From contig JAFTWL010000155.1 of the NCBI GenBank assembly GCA_017465305.1, positions 1 to 62,963 of the forward strand: 62,963 bases of DNA. Direction: 5' to 3'. The notes beneath the pieces were generated by a model, which worked only from the letters and a program-made list of their open reading frames with translations, did not search any database and was not told where the DNA came from. Position 1 is the first letter of the stretch. Each line of letters begins with the position of its first letter. This stretch comes from Ruminococcus sp. GTDB lineage: Bacteria > Bacillota > Clostridia > Oscillospirales > Ruminococcaceae. A program made the translations under genes and the position numbers. This document shows, in pieces, positions 1 through 10,412 of this stretch.

Positions 1-13
1 CGTTACATTCTGA

Positions 14-943
14 TTGACAGCACCTGATGATAAGCCAATATATATTTATTTCAGGACAGACAATCAAAAATCTGTAAACCTTTGGCTTGATTCTAATGAA
101 TCAACAGGATGGTTTAATGATGAAGGAAGTACTGAAAATGATGCTGAATTCTTCAGTGCATATTTTGAAGGCGACAACTATACAATTATGAAGCTTGGTG
201 AATTTGAACCAGGACAGAATATAAGACTTCGTATGACAGTTGCTAATGAGTATACAATTGTAAGAAACTTCTTCTTCTATAGCTTTAATGATGAGCTGTT
301 CCAGCAGGATATTGATACACTTAAAAATAATCAGTGGCAGATTGAAGACGGCTGGAAAGATAATAAAATTAAAGGTACAATCACAGCTGAAGAAGGTCAA
401 ATTATGTTGACAAGTATTCCATGGGAAGATGGATATACAGAAGAAATAAGAAATGCAGCTGGTAAGAAGTACAGCAAGTTTATGGATACAATTATCGGTG
501 ATGGCTGGAGAGTTAAAGTAGACGGTAAGAGAGTAGAACCTGTTAAAGTACTTGATGCGTTTGTGGGCATAAAACTTGAACCAGGTGAACATACTGTTGA
601 GCTGAAATATACACCTCCAGGATGGACATTTGGCGTAATTGCATTTGTATTTGGTGTTGCAGCACTTGTATTATTCTTTATGTATGATAAGAAGAATAAT
701 AAGGTTCTTATTGCTATTGCTCGTGAAAAGAAAATGGGTGTAAGCGAACAGAAGCCAAAAGTTAAAAAGCTGTCATCTGAAGATAAAGTTGCAGAATTGA
801 AGAAAAATTCTGCTTTGAAATCTGATGCTAAAGATGAAAAAAATGAAAAAATAGAAGATAAACAGAAACCTAAACAAAAAACGTCAGATAGTTCAGAAGA
901 AGATTCTGAAAAGAAATCTGAAGATAATGATTCTGATGAATAA
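14..943 (+). CDS. YfhO-family membrane protein, C-terminal part (5' end outside window)
   Basis: TSIPW..GW.VKVDG..V..AFVGIKLEPGEHTVELKYTPPG followed by a TM helix is the typical YfhO C-terminus; charged low-complexity tail. Confidence 0.75.
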   Translation: MTAPDDKPIYIYFRTDNQKSVNLWLDSNESTGWFNDEGSTENDAEFFSAYFEGDNYTIMKLGEFEPGQNIRLRMTVANEYTIVRNFFFYSFNDELFQQDIDTLKNNQWQIEDGWKDNKIKGTITAEEGQIMLTSIPWEDGYTEEIRNAAGKKYSKFMDTIIGDGWRVKVDGKRVEPVKVLDAFVGIKLEPGEHTVELKYTPPGWTFGVIAFVFGVAALVLFFMYDKKNNKVLIAIAREKKMGVSEQKPKVKKLSSEDKVAELKKNSALKSDAKDEKNEKIEDKQKPKQKTSDSSEEDSEKKSEDNDSDE

Positions 944-952
944 TTAAAATTA

Positions 953-989
953 GCTCCTGAAACATTTGTATGCTTCAGGAGCATTTTTT
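953..989 (+). terminator. Rho-independent terminator
   Basis: gctcctgaa...ttcaggagc stem followed by a T run. Confidence 0.8.
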
Positions 990-1105
990 ATATTTACAAA
1001 AATATTTAAATTAAAACATAAGTCGCTTTTTTTAAGTCTTAATTTGATGAATAATATTGTCTTTTAATTCATAAAAAGTTTTTATATTTTTTTTTGAAAA
1101 AACCC

Positions 1106-1134
1106 TTGACAAATCAAAAATCCTGTGATATAAT
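1106..1134 (+). promoter_or_regulatory. sigma70/sigmaA promoter for tRNA-Pro
   Basis: TTGACA-N17-TATAAT with extended -10 TG and an A/T-rich UP element. Confidence 0.8.
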
Positions 1135-1199
1135 AATAAAGCTGAATGACACAGACGAGAACGAAACGAAACAAAGTCAGGCAGCTGAAACAAATTTTT

Positions 1200-1276
1200 C
1201 GAGGCGTAACTCAGTTTGGTAGAGTGCTTGCTTTGGGAGCAAGATGCCGCAGGTTCGAATCCTGTCGCCTCGACCA
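1200..1276 (+). tRNA. tRNA-Pro(TGG)
   Basis: Acceptor stem CGAGGCG/CGCCTCG, anticodon arm CTTGC-TTTGGGA-GCAAG, GGTTCGAATCC T-arm, 3' CCA. Confidence 0.97.
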
Positions 1277-1336
1277 CTTACTTATTTTTGAAAGCTTGTT
1301 CAAAAAAAGTTTAAAAAAGTTTTTTGAAAAAAAGAC

Positions 1337-1365
1337 TTGACAAATTAAAAAAAGTGTGATATAAT
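1337..1365 (+). promoter_or_regulatory. sigma70/sigmaA promoter for tRNA-Thr/Tyr
   Basis: TTGACA-N17-TATAAT with extended -10 TG; closely resembles the upstream tRNA promoter. Confidence 0.8.
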
Positions 1366-1382
1366 AAATAACGTTGTGAAAC

Positions 1383-1458
1383 GCTGGTGTAGCTCAGTTG
1401 GTAGAGCAGCTGATTTGTAATCAGCAGGTCGGGGGTTCGAGTCCGTCCACCAGCTCCA
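1383..1458 (+). tRNA. tRNA-Thr(TGT)
   Basis: GCTGGTG/CACCAGC acceptor stem, GCTGA-TTTGTAA-TCAGC anticodon arm, 3' CCA. Confidence 0.97.
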
Positions 1459-1488
1459 TTTTTTCGCTCAATTATATTACATACACAC

Positions 1489-1573
1489 GGGGGAGTTCCC
1501 GAGTGGCCAAAGGGGACAGACTGTAAATCTGCTGCTTCTAGCTTCGATGGTTCGAATCCGTCCTCCCCCACCA
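1489..1573 (+). tRNA. tRNA-Tyr(GTA)
   Basis: GGGGGAG/CTCCCCC acceptor stem, CTGTAAA anticodon loop, long variable arm, 3' CCA. Confidence 0.97.
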
Positions 1574-1575
1574 TA

Positions 1576-1613
1576 AAACAGGTAAAGCAGATAAATGTTT
1601 TACCTGTTTTTTT
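1576..1613 (+). terminator. terminator after tRNA cluster
   Basis: aaacaggtaaa...tttacctgttt stem plus T run. Confidence 0.8.
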
Positions 1614-1755
1614 ATTTTAGTTATAATCGCTGTAATCTGAATTCAAATTTTTTTGGCAGTGTATTATATATACATTTTGACAGAGAATATTTCTTGTCAA
1701 ATATTTTTTATTGCAAAAAAAGATGAGATTAAAAAATAAGAGAGGCTGTTAAAAG

Positions 1756-3579
1756 ATGATAAGAGAAGATTTGAGAAATATCGCAATTATTGCCCACGTT
1801 GACCACGGAAAAACTACTCTGGTTGATGAGATGCTGAAGCAGGGTGGTGTATTCCGAGAAAATCAGGCTGTTGCTGAACGTGTTATGGACTCTGATGATT
1901 TGGAGCGTGAGCGTGGAATTACTATCCTTGCAAAGAATACTTCTGTACAGTACGGCGATATAAAAATAAATATCATCGATACTCCTGGACATGCTGATTT
2001 TGGCGGAGAAGTAGAACGTGTTTTAAGTATGGTAGACGGAGCTTTACTTCTTGTAGATGCTGCTGAAGGGCCTATGCCACAGACTCGTTTTGTTCTTCAG
2101 AAGGCTCTTGAAATGAACTTGAAAATTATTGTTGTTGTAAACAAAATCGACCGTCCTGATGCAAGACTTGGTGAAATTGCTGATGAAGTCCTCGAACTCC
2201 TTATTGACTTGGATGCAAGTGAAGAACAGCTTGAAAATACGCCTTTTCTCTACTGTTCAGGCCGTGCTGGTACAGCTTGCCGTGAACCATTTGGAGAAGG
2301 TACAGATTTAAAGCCTTTGTTTGATACAATTATTTCCTATATTGATGCTCCTGAGGGTGAAGATGAAGAACCATTACAGATGCTTATATCTTCTATTGAT
2401 TATAATGAATATGTAGGCAGAATTGGCGTAGGACGAATTGCTCGTGGTAAAATTAACGTTGGTCAGAATATTTTAATCGGAAATTATCACAATCCTGATG
2501 ATGCAAAAAGAAATAAAATAGTTTCTCTTTTACAGATTCAGGGATTACAGCGTGTTCCTGTAGAAACTGCTTCTGTAGGAGATATTGTATGGATTAGCGG
2601 TATTGAAAATATTTCCATAGGTGATACTGTATGTAATGCAGAAAATTTTGAACCGTTGCCATTTACTAAAATAAGTGAACCTACAATTGAAATGACATTC
2701 AGCGTTAACGATAGTCCTTTTGCAGGAAAAGAAGGCAAATTTGTTACCTCTCGTCAGCTGAGAGACCGTCTTATGCGTGAACTTTTACGTGACGTTTCTC
2801 TTAGAGTTACTGAAACAGATACAACAGATTCTTTCAGAGTTGCAGGCAGAGGCGAAATGCATTTGTCAATTCTTATTGAAAATATGCGTCGTGAAGGTTA
2901 TGAGCTGGGCGTTTCTACTCCAAGAGTACTTTATAAAGAAATCGATGGAAAGCGTTGCGAGCCAATAGAAGAATTGACAATAGATGTTCCTGAAGCTTGT
3001 GTAGGTTCAGTTATGGAGAAACTTGGTGCAAGAAAAGCTGAAATGCAGGATATGGCACCACAGGGAAGCCGTACACGTCTTACATTCCTTATACCAGCAC
3101 GTGGTTTATTTGGTTATAAGAGCGAATTTTTAACTGATACAAAGGGCGAAGGAATTATGAGTAGTATATTCCATGGATATGAACCATATAAAGGTGATAT
3201 TCCTCGTCGTAATACAGGTTCTCTTATTTCATTTGAAACAGGTGAGGCAGTAACATACGGACTTTATAATGCACAGGAAAGAGGCTCATTATTCATTGGA
3301 GCTGGTGTTCCTGTTTATGAAGGTATGGTAGTTGGTGCTTCTCCTAAAACAGAAGACCTTGTTGTAAATGTATGTAAGCGTAAGCATTTGACAAATACAA
3401 GAGCAAGCGGAAGTGATGATGCACTTCGTTTAGTTCCTCCAAAGAATCTTAGTCTTGAAGATTGCCTTGAATTTTTGGCAGATGATGAATTGCTTGAAGT
3501 AACACCTGAGTCTTTGAGAATTCGTAAGCAAATTCTCAGTAATCAGCTTCGTGCAAAACAGCGTGGAAAAAATAAATAA
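1756..3579 (+). CDS. typA: translational GTPase TypA/BipA
   Basis: [34 protein letters not shown] and LEVTP..RIRK motifs. Confidence 0.97.
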   Translation: MIREDLRNIAIIAHVDHGKTTLVDEMLKQGGVFRENQAVAERVMDSDDLERERGITILAKNTSVQYGDIKINIIDTPGHADFGGEVERVLSMVDGALLLVDAAEGPMPQTRFVLQKALEMNLKIIVVVNKIDRPDARLGEIADEVLELLIDLDASEEQLENTPFLYCSGRAGTACREPFGEGTDLKPLFDTIISYIDAPEGEDEEPLQMLISSIDYNEYVGRIGVGRIARGKINVGQNILIGNYHNPDDAKRNKIVSLLQIQGLQRVPVETASVGDIVWISGIENISIGDTVCNAENFEPLPFTKISEPTIEMTFSVNDSPFAGKEGKFVTSRQLRDRLMRELLRDVSLRVTETDTTDSFRVAGRGEMHLSILIENMRREGYELGVSTPRVLYKEIDGKRCEPIEELTIDVPEACVGSVMEKLGARKAEMQDMAPQGSRTRLTFLIPARGLFGYKSEFLTDTKGEGIMSSIFHGYEPYKGDIPRRNTGSLISFETGEAVTYGLYNAQERGSLFIGAGVPVYEGMVVGASPKTEDLVVNVCKRKHLTNTRASGSDDALRLVPPKNLSLEDCLEFLADDELLEVTPESLRIRKQILSNQLRAKQRGKNK

Positions 3580-3683
3580 AATTAACATGTTAAATATTTT
3601 AGTCAGCGTAGCTAAAAGCTTTCCCTTGAGGTGAATTGTCAATTATGACTCGCTACAGATTAAACAGAAAGGAAAGGATATTT

Positions 3684-4361
3684 ATGAAGCATATTTGGAA
3701 AAGCCAGGTGTGGGCAGCTATATTGACAGTAGCAACTTTATTGACTGTTACTGGTTGTAAATCGGATGAAAATAATGATGAATCTTCTGTTGACTTGTCT
3801 AACATTTCTTCTGCTATGGTAGATGAAGGCTCTACAGAAGCAATATCAACAGATTATGCTTATATTATGAACCCTGATGGCACAATTTCTATTTCCGGAT
3901 ATAACGGAGCTGATACAGCTTTAGAAATTCCAACTACTATTGATGGATATGTTGTAACTCAGATTGGTGACCATGCTTTTGAAGCTAATCATGATATTAC
4001 AAGTGTGACATTGCCAAACGGTTTAGTGGACATTGGTGAAAGTGCATTCAGTGATTGTAGTAGCTTATCTGCTATTGTAATTCCTGATACTGTAGGAACA
4101 ATTTCACGTGCTGCATTTGTAGGCTGTACGTCTCTTGAATCACTTCATATTCCTGCAAGTGTTTCAGAAATAAAAGAGGAAGCTTTTACAGGTTGTTCTA
4201 AATTAATCGACTTGACAATAGAAAGTGATACATTACAGTATACAAGTTGGGGGTTAGATAAAGAAGTTAACTCAACTGACCTTGTTATTACTTGCCCTGT
4301 AGGTTCACCTATAGAAGAATGGGCAGAAAAGAATGGATTTAATACATCCCCATTGTCTTAA
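3684..4361 (+). CDS. lipoprotein with BspA-type leucine-rich repeats
   Basis: Lipobox VTGC; repeated IG..AF..C.SL..I.IP units; start moved to ATG 3684 after the AAGGA RBS. Confidence 0.85.
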   Translation: MKHIWKSQVWAAILTVATLLTVTGCKSDENNDESSVDLSNISSAMVDEGSTEAISTDYAYIMNPDGTISISGYNGADTALEIPTTIDGYVVTQIGDHAFEANHDITSVTLPNGLVDIGESAFSDCSSLSAIVIPDTVGTISRAAFVGCTSLESLHIPASVSEIKEEAFTGCSKLIDLTIESDTLQYTSWGLDKEVNSTDLVITCPVGSPIEEWAEKNGFNTSPLS

Positions 4362-4375
4362 AGAAAGGGAAAAAC

Positions 4376-5086
4376 ATGAACACTTGGAAAAAAATAATTG
4401 CTATAGGTTTAGTATCTGTTTTAGCATTCTCATTTTGTGGCTGTGGAACGGACAAAGGCAGTGATAGTTCTTCAAATTCTGAAAGTTCAGAAGATATTGC
4501 AGACGATAAAAATGAAAACAGCTCTGATGAGAGCTCAGAAAGTTCTGAAAATTCAGGTAATTCTGTTGACGAATCTTCTGTAGTTTATGGTGAATATGAA
4601 GTAGAATATGATGAAAAAGAATTAGATGAGTCTTGTGCTAATGTAATTAAGGATTATTTTACTGCTATTGAATATCAGGACTATGATGCTTATAAGGCAA
4701 CATTATTCCCTTTTTATTATGAGACATATAATAGTTATTTAAAGGATAATTATAATTATGGTATGGAGACATCTATGGAACAGCTTCACCAGATGCTTCT
4801 TGACCGTGCAGGAACAGAAAATATTGTAATTTCAGGCATTTCAGTAAAACCGGCTCAAATTACAGAAGAAGATTCAGAAGATACTGATTTAGCAGAGACT
4901 TATTTAGCTCAATATTCTACTCTTCTTGGTGAAAGCTTTACTAAAGAAGCAAAAGCAAATGCAGACAATATACTTGTAGTTTCTTTCACTATGACAGGTA
5001 CTTGTGACGGTGAAGAAAAAACTATTATGGAAAATATGGAACTCCTTATGGCTGAAAAAGACGGAGTTTATACTATTTTAGGTTAA
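4376..5086 (+). CDS. hypothetical acidic lipoprotein
   Basis: Signal peptide ending FCGC, Ser/Glu-rich linker, RBS present. Confidence 0.75.
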   Translation: MNTWKKIIAIGLVSVLAFSFCGCGTDKGSDSSSNSESSEDIADDKNENSSDESSESSENSGNSVDESSVVYGEYEVEYDEKELDESCANVIKDYFTAIEYQDYDAYKATLFPFYYETYNSYLKDNYNYGMETSMEQLHQMLLDRAGTENIVISGISVKPAQITEEDSEDTDLAETYLAQYSTLLGESFTKEAKANADNILVVSFTMTGTCDGEEKTIMENMELLMAEKDGVYTILG

Positions 5087-5114
5087 TCCGAAAATATAAT
5101 TGGATTTCCAAAGG

Positions 5115-5140
5115 GTGCAGGGATACAGAGTTCCCTTGCA
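5115..5140. repeat. GC-rich intergenic hairpin (terminator or REP-like unit)
   Basis: gcaggga-tacagag-ttcccttgc stem without a clear T tail. Confidence 0.4.
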
Positions 5141-5308
5141 TAAACTTATATAAATACTGTTGTTGACAGAACTTAAAAAAAAGAGTATAATAAATATGAT
5201 ATGGGAGATTTAGCGAAAAGATTTCCCATATTATAATTTTTGAATTGGAAAACATATATTAAAGAGTGTTTTCTTAAATAATTTTTATTTATTGGAGGGT
5301 TATCAGCT

Positions 5309-6394
5309 GTGAAAAGAGTATATAACTTTAGTGCAGGTCCGGCAGTATTACCGGAAGAAGTACTGAAAGAAGCAGCAGACGAAATGCTTGATTATAAGGG
5401 AACTGGTATGTCAGTAATGGAAATGAGTCACCGTTCCAAGGCTTTTCAGGAAATCATAGACACCGCAGAACAGGATTTGCGTGATTTGATGAATATTCCT
5501 GATAATTATAAGGTTTTATTTTTACAGGGTGGTGCATCTCAGCAGTTTGCAGCAGTTCCTATGAATCTTATGAAAAATGGTGTAGCTGATTATATTGTAA
5601 CAGGTCAGTGGGCTAAGAAAGCATATCAGGAAGCACAAAAATACGGCAAGGCTGTTAAAGTAGCTTCTTCTGAAGATGAAACATTTTCTTATATTCCTGA
5701 TTGTTCTAATCTTGAAATTGATGAAGATGCTGACTATGTTTATATTTGTGAAAACAATACTATCTATGGTACAAAGTTTAAGACACTTCCTAATACAAAG
5801 GGTAAGCCACTCGTTTCTGATGTTTCATCATGCTTTTTAAGTGAACCAATTGATGTTACAAAGTATGGTGTTATCTATGGTGGTGTACAAAAGAACATCG
5901 GACCAGCAGGTGTTGTTATTGTTATCATCCGTGAAGATTTGATTCCTGAAACACCAGCTGTTGAAAATACACCAACTATGCTTTTATATAAAACACATGC
6001 TGATGCAAATTCTCTTTATAATACACCTCCGGCTTATGGTATTTATATCTGCGGAAAGGTATTTAAATGGATTAAGAAAATGGGCGGTCTTGAAGCTATG
6101 AAGATTCATAACGAAAAGAAAGCTGCTATTTTATATGATTTCTTAGACCAGAGCAAGCTCTTCAAGGGTACTGTACGTAAAGAAGACCGTTCTCTTATGA
6201 ATGTACCATTTGTAACAGGTGATAAGGATTTAGATGCTAAATTTGTAGCTGAAGCAAAAGCTGCCGGATTTGAAAATCTGAAGGGTCATCGTTCAGTTGG
6301 TGGTATGCGTGCTTCTATTTACAATGCAATGCCAATTGAAGGCGTAGAAGCACTTGTAGCATTCATGAAGAAATTTGAAGAAGAAAACGCCTAA
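5309..6394 (+). CDS. serC: phosphoserine aminotransferase
   Basis: YNFSAGPA, EMSHRS, QKNIGPAG (PLP lysine), GHRSVGGMRASIYNA. Confidence 0.97.
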   Translation: MKRVYNFSAGPAVLPEEVLKEAADEMLDYKGTGMSVMEMSHRSKAFQEIIDTAEQDLRDLMNIPDNYKVLFLQGGASQQFAAVPMNLMKNGVADYIVTGQWAKKAYQEAQKYGKAVKVASSEDETFSYIPDCSNLEIDEDADYVYICENNTIYGTKFKTLPNTKGKPLVSDVSSCFLSEPIDVTKYGVIYGGVQKNIGPAGVVIVIIREDLIPETPAVENTPTMLLYKTHADANSLYNTPPAYGIYICGKVFKWIKKMGGLEAMKIHNEKKAAILYDFLDQSKLFKGTVRKEDRSLMNVPFVTGDKDLDAKFVAEAKAAGFENLKGHRSVGGMRASIYNAMPIEGVEALVAFMKKFEEENA

Positions 6395-6417
6395 AAATAG
6401 AAGGGAGATTATGACCA

Positions 6418-7584
6418 ATGTATACAATTCAGACATTAAATAAAATCTCTAAAGCTGGAACAGATAAATTTGATTCTTCTGCTTATGTTGTAGCGGATAC
6501 AGCTGAAAATCCAGATGCAATAATGGTAAGAAGTGCATCTATGCACGATATGGAATTCGGAAGCAATTTACTTGCAATTGCAAGAGCTGGTGCAGGTGTT
6601 AATAATATTCCTGTTGACCGCTGTGCAGAAGAAGGCATTTGTGTATTTAATACACCAGGTGCTAATGCCAATGCTGTAAAAGAACTTGTTTTAACAGGAC
6701 TTTTGATTTCATCAAGAAAAATTCCTGCTTCTATCAAATGGGCAGCTTCTCTTGAAAACGAAGGCGATTCAATAGGCAAACTTGTCGAAAAAGGTAAGAG
6801 CAATTTTGCAGGTCCTGAAATTCAGGGAAAAACTCTTGGCATCATAGGACTTGGAGCAATTGGTGCACTCGTTGCAAATGCAGCTGTATCACTTGGTATG
6901 CAGGTTGTAGGTACTGACCCATTTTTGTCAGTAGGTGCAGCTCTTCGCCTGAAACCATCTGTAAAGGTAGTAAAAACTCAGGAAGATGTATTTGCTGAAG
7001 CTGACTATCTTACAATCCATGTTCCATATAATAAAGATACAAAGGGCATGATTAATGCTGAAACTATCTCTAAAATGAAAGATGGCGTACGTATTTTGAA
7101 CTATGCTCGTGGTGAACTTGTAGATGATGATGCAATACTCGAAGCACTTGCAAGTGGAAAGGTTGCTTGCTATTGTACTGATTTCCCGAATGCAAAGACT
7201 TGTAATGCAGAAGGAATTATTGCTACACCACATCTTGGTGCATCTACACCTGAGAGTGAAGATAACTGTGCAAGCATGGCAGCACAAGAACTTATTGATT
7301 ATCTTGAAACAGGTAACATTTCTAATAGTGTAAATCTTCCAAATGCTCAGATGAACGCAAGAGGAACAAAAGTTTGTATTCTTCACACAAATGTACCATC
7401 TATGATTTCAACTGTAACAGCAGAAGCTGGCAAGCTTGGACTTAATATTGAAAATATGGTTAACGCAAGCCGTGGAAACTATGCTTATACTATGCTTGAA
7501 ATTATGAGTGATGTTCCTCAGAAGATGGCAGACGATTTATTAGCAATTGACGGAGTAATCCGTGTACGTATAATTGCAAAATAA
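6418..7584 (+). CDS. serA: D-3-phosphoglycerate dehydrogenase with C-terminal ACT domain
   Basis: RAGAGVNNI, GLGAIG Rossmann motif, TPHLGAST; adjacent to serC. Confidence 0.9.
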   Translation: MYTIQTLNKISKAGTDKFDSSAYVVADTAENPDAIMVRSASMHDMEFGSNLLAIARAGAGVNNIPVDRCAEEGICVFNTPGANANAVKELVLTGLLISSRKIPASIKWAASLENEGDSIGKLVEKGKSNFAGPEIQGKTLGIIGLGAIGALVANAAVSLGMQVVGTDPFLSVGAALRLKPSVKVVKTQEDVFAEADYLTIHVPYNKDTKGMINAETISKMKDGVRILNYARGELVDDDAILEALASGKVACYCTDFPNAKTCNAEGIIATPHLGASTPESEDNCASMAAQELIDYLETGNISNSVNLPNAQMNARGTKVCILHTNVPSMISTVTAEAGKLGLNIENMVNASRGNYAYTMLEIMSDVPQKMADDLLAIDGVIRVRIIAK

Positions 7585-7628
7585 GTTTCGGCAATTCTAT
7601 AATTTAAAAATTGAATAGATTGCATTTC

Positions 7629-7740
7629 CAGAGTAGGAAGTGATGCGTTAAGTGTCTGGCAGACGGGGAGTTGTTGCTGGAACGAAAAGAGGCAGGGTTT
7701 TTATTCCTTGTACTTGCGGTATCACTTCCGCATCCCGCTG
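7629..7740 (+). promoter_or_regulatory. THF (tetrahydrofolate) riboswitch
   Basis: CAGAGTAGG...CGTTAAGTG...ACGGGGAGTTG...ACGAAA...TTGCGG...CCGCATCCCGCTG matches the THF aptamer pattern; directly upstream of folT. Confidence 0.92.
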
Positions 7741-7839
7741 AATGCATCATAAGAAGCCTTTCAAAATAAAAGACTCCTTATGTGCACTAAGCACCATTAT
7801 TTTAATGCCGTCGTAATGACGGAAGGAGGTTTTTTATTT

Positions 7840-8472
7840 ATGAAGGGCTTTTTGTCTTCTTTCAAGGATTCTGCAAAGGAATTCACCAAAATCCGTAGTC
7901 TTACGGTAACAGCAATTTTTATTGCTGTATCTATGTTGATTGAAGGATTTTCAATCGATTTGCAGTTTGCAAAATTAAATTTTGCATTCATTGCTATTGC
8001 AATCATTGGTATGTTGTTTGGACCATGTGTAGGCTTTGTATCAGGTCTTGCTTGTGACATTGTAGGTTATCTGGTTCATCCTGCGGGTGCATTTCTTCCA
8101 ATATATGTTTTGGTAGCAGGTTTGCAAGGATTTATTTATGGAATTTGCCTTTATCATCGCATGGACGGACATGGAATTCAGTTTGTCAATAACCGCACAG
8201 GAAAGTCAAAAGATATTACATTATTTTTGAGAATTATAGTAGCTCGAATTTTAGATGTAATTATTATCAATCTTTTATTAAACACAGCATTAAACCTTCA
8301 CTATGGATTTATACCACAAGAGGCTTATGGTGCAGCTATTGTTACAAGAACGGCAAAAAACGTAATTGAATTAGTAATTGATTTACCTTTACTGTTTATT
8401 TTGTTACCTATTGCATTAACTGCATATCAGCGTGTTTTCCATATGAAAAAAGTAAATGCAGCTGGAGCATAA
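7840..8472 (+). CDS. folT: folate ECF transporter S component
   Basis: Hydrophobic, GMLFGP..G...GL.CDIVG motif, THF riboswitch upstream; start at ATG 7840 after GGAGG. Confidence 0.9.
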   Translation: MKGFLSSFKDSAKEFTKIRSLTVTAIFIAVSMLIEGFSIDLQFAKLNFAFIAIAIIGMLFGPCVGFVSGLACDIVGYLVHPAGAFLPIYVLVAGLQGFIYGICLYHRMDGHGIQFVNNRTGKSKDITLFLRIIVARILDVIIINLLLNTALNLHYGFIPQEAYGAAIVTRTAKNVIELVIDLPLLFILLPIALTAYQRVFHMKKVNAAGA

Positions 8473-8482
8473 AATATATATG

Positions 8483-8524
8483 AAAAAACAGGTTTGACAG
8501 TTTTCAACTGCCAAACCTGTTTTT
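8483..8524. terminator. bidirectional terminator
   Basis: aaaaacaggtttg...caaacctgttttt between convergent genes. Confidence 0.85.
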
Positions 8525-8535
8525 ACTTTGAAATT

Positions 8536-9021
8536 TTACTTACGTCGAGAGCGATTTTTTCTCTCAGTATTTCTTTTTATATCACAAATACGTTCTTCGC
8601 TGTTTTGCTTAAATCGAGAAAGCATATCTTCAAAGGATAACTCTGCCATAGGTGGTTTTTTCTTAGGTTCCCAAACATTAGGCTTATCACGTTTTTGACC
8701 TTGCTGTCTTGGTCGATTATTATTTTGTTGTTGAGTTTGCTGTGATTTTTGATTTGACTTTGGTGTGTTTTCAGAATTTTCGACCTGTTTCATAGATAAG
8801 CTGATTTTTCCGGTCTCATTGATTCCAATAACTTTTACTTTGACATTTTGTCCTTCTTTGACAAAATCTCTTATTTCATTGACATAAGTTTTTGAAATCT
8901 CAGAAATATGTACCATACCCATGATTTTTTCGTTCTCCGGATTATGAATATCAACAAAGGTTCCATAATTGGTGATATTCTTTACAGTTCCCTCATAAAT
9001 TTTTCCGATTTCAACCTGCAT
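8536..9021 (-). CDS. S1 RNA-binding domain protein (YabR/YugI-like)
   Basis: G.V..IT.YG.FVDI...GMVHISEIS...V..GQ.VKVKV...GKISLSMK and SFEDMLSRFKQ.SEER; follows divIC. Confidence 0.9.
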   Translation of the reverse strand: MQVEIGKIYEGTVKNITNYGTFVDIHNPENEKIMGMVHISEISKTYVNEIRDFVKEGQNVKVKVIGINETGKISLSMKQVENSENTPKSNQKSQQTQQQNNNRPRQQGQKRDKPNVWEPKKKPPMAELSFEDMLSRFKQNSEERICDIKRNTERKNRSRRK

Positions 9022-9139
9022 TTGATTTTGATTACTCCCTGTTCGATAAAAATTTTTAAATTGCAAATGCTTTAAATATTTTTACATTTGCAAAATTAAA
9101 CTAAATCCAATAAATCCATAATAGTAATGATTTAATAAA

Positions 9140-9496
9140 CTAATTTTTTGATGTATCATAGAATCTGTACTCGTCCGGATAAGCATATCCGTACTCTTCA
9201 CGTGCAAGTTTTTCCATATAAACATCAATATCACCACTGTTAAGGACTCTTCTAAGGTCTTCATTTTCTGCTACATAGGCTTCAATTTGTGTATTTAATT
9301 GTGTTAATTCTGCTTTTTTTTCTGCGATATTAGATTGTATTGATACAACCATAATTGTACAACCGATAATGGCCAATAAAGCAGCAATATTTACAAATAA
9401 GCTGACAAAAAACTTTGCTCTTTTATTTTTAGGATTTTCTGCTACCATGAATAGATTTTTGTTTCCTATGTATGGCTTTTTTTTCGTGTATTTCAT
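9140..9496 (-). CDS. divIC: septum formation initiator DivIC/FtsB-like
   Basis: TM helix + coiled coil + EKLAREEYGY..PDE motif; yabP-yabQ-divIC-S1 synteny. Confidence 0.8.
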   Translation of the reverse strand: MKYTKKKPYIGNKNLFMVAENPKNKRAKFFVSLFVNIAALLAIIGCTIMVVSIQSNIAEKKAELTQLNTQIEAYVAENEDLRRVLNSGDIDVYMEKLAREEYGYAYPDEYRFYDTSKN

Positions 9497-10022
9497 TGCT
9501 TTTTTTCACACCTTGTTTTTGTAATTCATTTTTTTTATTATACAACATTTTAGTTATTATAATAAAGGGGAAATATAATTTTTTTTGAAAAAGTTTTTGT
9601 TTTTGTTTATGTTTACTAAAATTCTCTTTTGTATTTCCGAATTTTTTTACTATTATATTAGTAACAGGAGAAAATATTTTTTTTAATATATGTTTTATTT
9701 TTTCCGCTATATTTCTTTGAAGCTTTATAATAGAATTTCCTATAATGCATAGGTATAGCAGAAATCCAGAGAAGTTTCCTATAGCATAAAAAATTCTGAA
9801 CTCTCCACGGGCGAATAAAGAAGTAAAGCATATAAGCTGTATAGCCCATATAATCATGAAGAAGATATCTTCTATAGCAATAATAAATTTACCATGTGGA
9901 ATAAATGTTCTTATTGTTCTGAACACATCAAATAATATTCCAAGAGGAAAACCTATAAGACATGACCATAGAAAGAGCATAGTTTGCTCTTGAATCGAAA
10001 AATATGTTTCAGGAATTATCAT
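9429..10022 (-). CDS. yabQ: spore cortex biosynthesis protein YabQ
   Basis: G..LGILFDVFR..R, EDIFF, GEFRIF motifs; follows yabP. Confidence 0.88.
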   Translation of the reverse strand: MIIPETYFSIQEQTMLFLWSCLIGFPLGILFDVFRTIRTFIPHGKFIIAIEDIFFMIIWAIQLICFTSLFARGEFRIFYAIGNFSGFLLYLCIIGNSIIKLQRNIAEKIKHILKKIFSPVTNIIVKKFGNTKENFSKHKQKQKLFQKKLYFPFIIITKMLYNKKNELQKQGVKKSNEIHEKKAIHRKQKSIHGSRKS

Positions 10023-10039
10023 AATGTATTTACTAAGTT

Positions 10040-10330
10040 TTATCGGAATAATTTTCCGAGGAGTGATATTGGACCACGTTTATCACGGTCTCCGTATTGT
10101 AGTGACCATATATCACCAGTAATACGCATATCACCTGTTTCAACGCTTACATTGTCAATGTGGAGATTTCGTCCTTTTATTGTAAGCTCTCCAAGCTGGG
10201 TATATAGATTTATAACACGTTCATCGAAGCAATCTACATCAGTAACTCCTGATAGTGTCATATTAGAACGGTCTTCCATAATTAAATTGTGATGTAGCGT
10301 GGGTGTTTTCTGAGTAAGTTCCTTTTTCAT
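10040..10330 (-). CDS. yabP: sporulation protein YabP
   Basis: H.L..EDR....LSGV.DVD.FDE..I.L.T.LG.L.IKG.NLHI. Confidence 0.92.
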   Translation of the reverse strand: MKKELTQKTPTLHHNLIMEDRSNMTLSGVTDVDCFDERVINLYTQLGELTIKGRNLHIDNVSVETGDMRITGDIWSLQYGDRDKRGPISLLGKLFR

Positions 10331-10412
10331 AAATAATAACTCCTTCTTTTTGAGCTATTATATTCATGTTTGAAATTAAATATGTTATATATTATTTAAA
10401 AATAGAATTAAA

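Noticed and set aside
1032-1574. ORFs 1032-1277, 1146-1340 and 1311-1574
   Set aside because: Shadow translations of the tRNA genes.
7821-7845. folT RBS as an off-target of the TnpB guide
   Set aside because: Shares GGAGG plus a T run, but diverges from the predicted guide after about five bases.
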